A stretch of DNA of 26,056 bases from a virus (taxonomy: Duplodnaviria > Caudoviricetes), in the IMG/VR virus record IMGVR_UViG_3300031922_000037, positions 1 to 26,056 of that record. One strand, written 5' to 3'. The translations under genes were made by a program, and so were the position numbers. Positions 25,609 through 26,056 of the stretch are shown here, piece after piece. The stretch's first letter is position 1; the number at the start of each line of letters is the position of its first letter. Under the pieces are notes generated by a model. It made no database searches and was not told the origin of the DNA. It worked only from the letters and a program-made list of their open reading frames with translations.

Positions 25609-26056
25609 TGGCTTTACCTGCTGGGTTGGGTATTTATGTGGCTAATGCCCCACCTCAACCTCCACCTCCACATGTTATTAATCGTGTGTTTTCATCGTCC
25701 GTTCGTCTGAACAGTGCGTTTAATGTTAGAGATGAAGCAATGCTCGTTGGATGGAATGGACAAGTCCCACTGATAGCAACTATTAGCGTGAACACTGGGC
25801 AGCATCTAGTAGGGAGAGGTGCGCCTAGACCTTCACTTGGCTTTGAAATAAACGGAGGAACTGCAATAATTGTGCCGGACATGCCGCAAGGTTCATCCAT
25901 AACTATTATCAACAACGGGATTATTGCTGGCGGTGGAGGAGCGGGTTCAAGCGGCGGCTCAACATCAACACTTCCTTTTAATGGGACTAATGGGGGGACA
26001 GCGTTAGACGTAAGATTTCCAACTACTGTAATTAATAACGGAACCATAGCGGGTGG
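25605..26056 (+). CDS. gp38-like glycine-rich receptor-recognition adhesin (partial, runs off the window)
   Basis: Hand translation: MMALPAGLG...GWNGQVPLIATISVN...ITIINNGIIAGGGGAG...NGGTAL...INNGTIAG; AAGGAG RBS; ATGA overlap with the fibre stop; no stop before 26056, so absent from the ORF track. Confidence 0.8.
   Translation, partial: MMALPAGLGIYVANAPPQPPPPHVINRVFSSSVRLNSAFNVRDEAMLVGWNGQVPLIATISVNTGQHLVGRGAPRPSLGFEINGGTAIIVPDMPQGSSITIINNGIIAGGGGAGSSGGSTSTLPFNGTNGGTALDVRFPTTVINNGTIAG

Larger units (their letters stand above)
1..26056. mobile_element. Structural gene region of a P1-like (contractile-tailed) phage, prophage or phage-plasmid
   Basis: Capsid, protease, portal, sheath, tape measure, baseplate and fibre genes with P1-like motifs and partial P1 synteny (23-22-21-pmgG; sit-pmgA-bplA-16). 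No host genes or element ends visible. Confidence 0.9.

Noticed and set aside
1-26056. tRNA, rRNA, IS, intein or intron
   Set aside because: None recognisable; intergenic space is minimal, and the sheath insert lacks intein terminal residues and endonuclease motifs.

Overview
The whole window is the virion-morphogenesis region of a contractile-tailed phage related to P1/D6-type phage-plasmids. No host, replication, partition or terminase genes are visible, so lifestyle and host cannot be fixed. From 3665 to the right edge runs one co-directional, tightly coupled block: major capsid, tail sheath, gp21-like, PmgG-like, PmgB-like chaperone, holin-like, RusA, prohead protease, tail terminator, baseplate/neck proteins, portal, Tub-like, tape measure with a muramidase domain, PmgA/BplA/gp16-like baseplate, a fibre protein and a truncated gp38-like adhesin that the ORF track missed. 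A divergent, more AT-rich operon of six genes (110-3486) looks like an accessory fibre module. Family calls rest on remembered motif similarity and synteny, not on database searches. Best leads: (1) an L-D-S-A motif shared by capsid, gp21-like protein and protease, a probable Asp-specific head-maturation code that would free a protamine-like peptide; (2) a probable +1/-2 programmed frameshift in the tail chaperone; (3) a shared AGGAAACCT-N25/26-(-10 box) late-promoter motif; (4) a codon-distinct GSGY-repeat insertion in the sheath; (5) a 59-bp attC-like element ending the left operon; (6) a cryptic exact 22-aa periodicity in the LamG-like protein.
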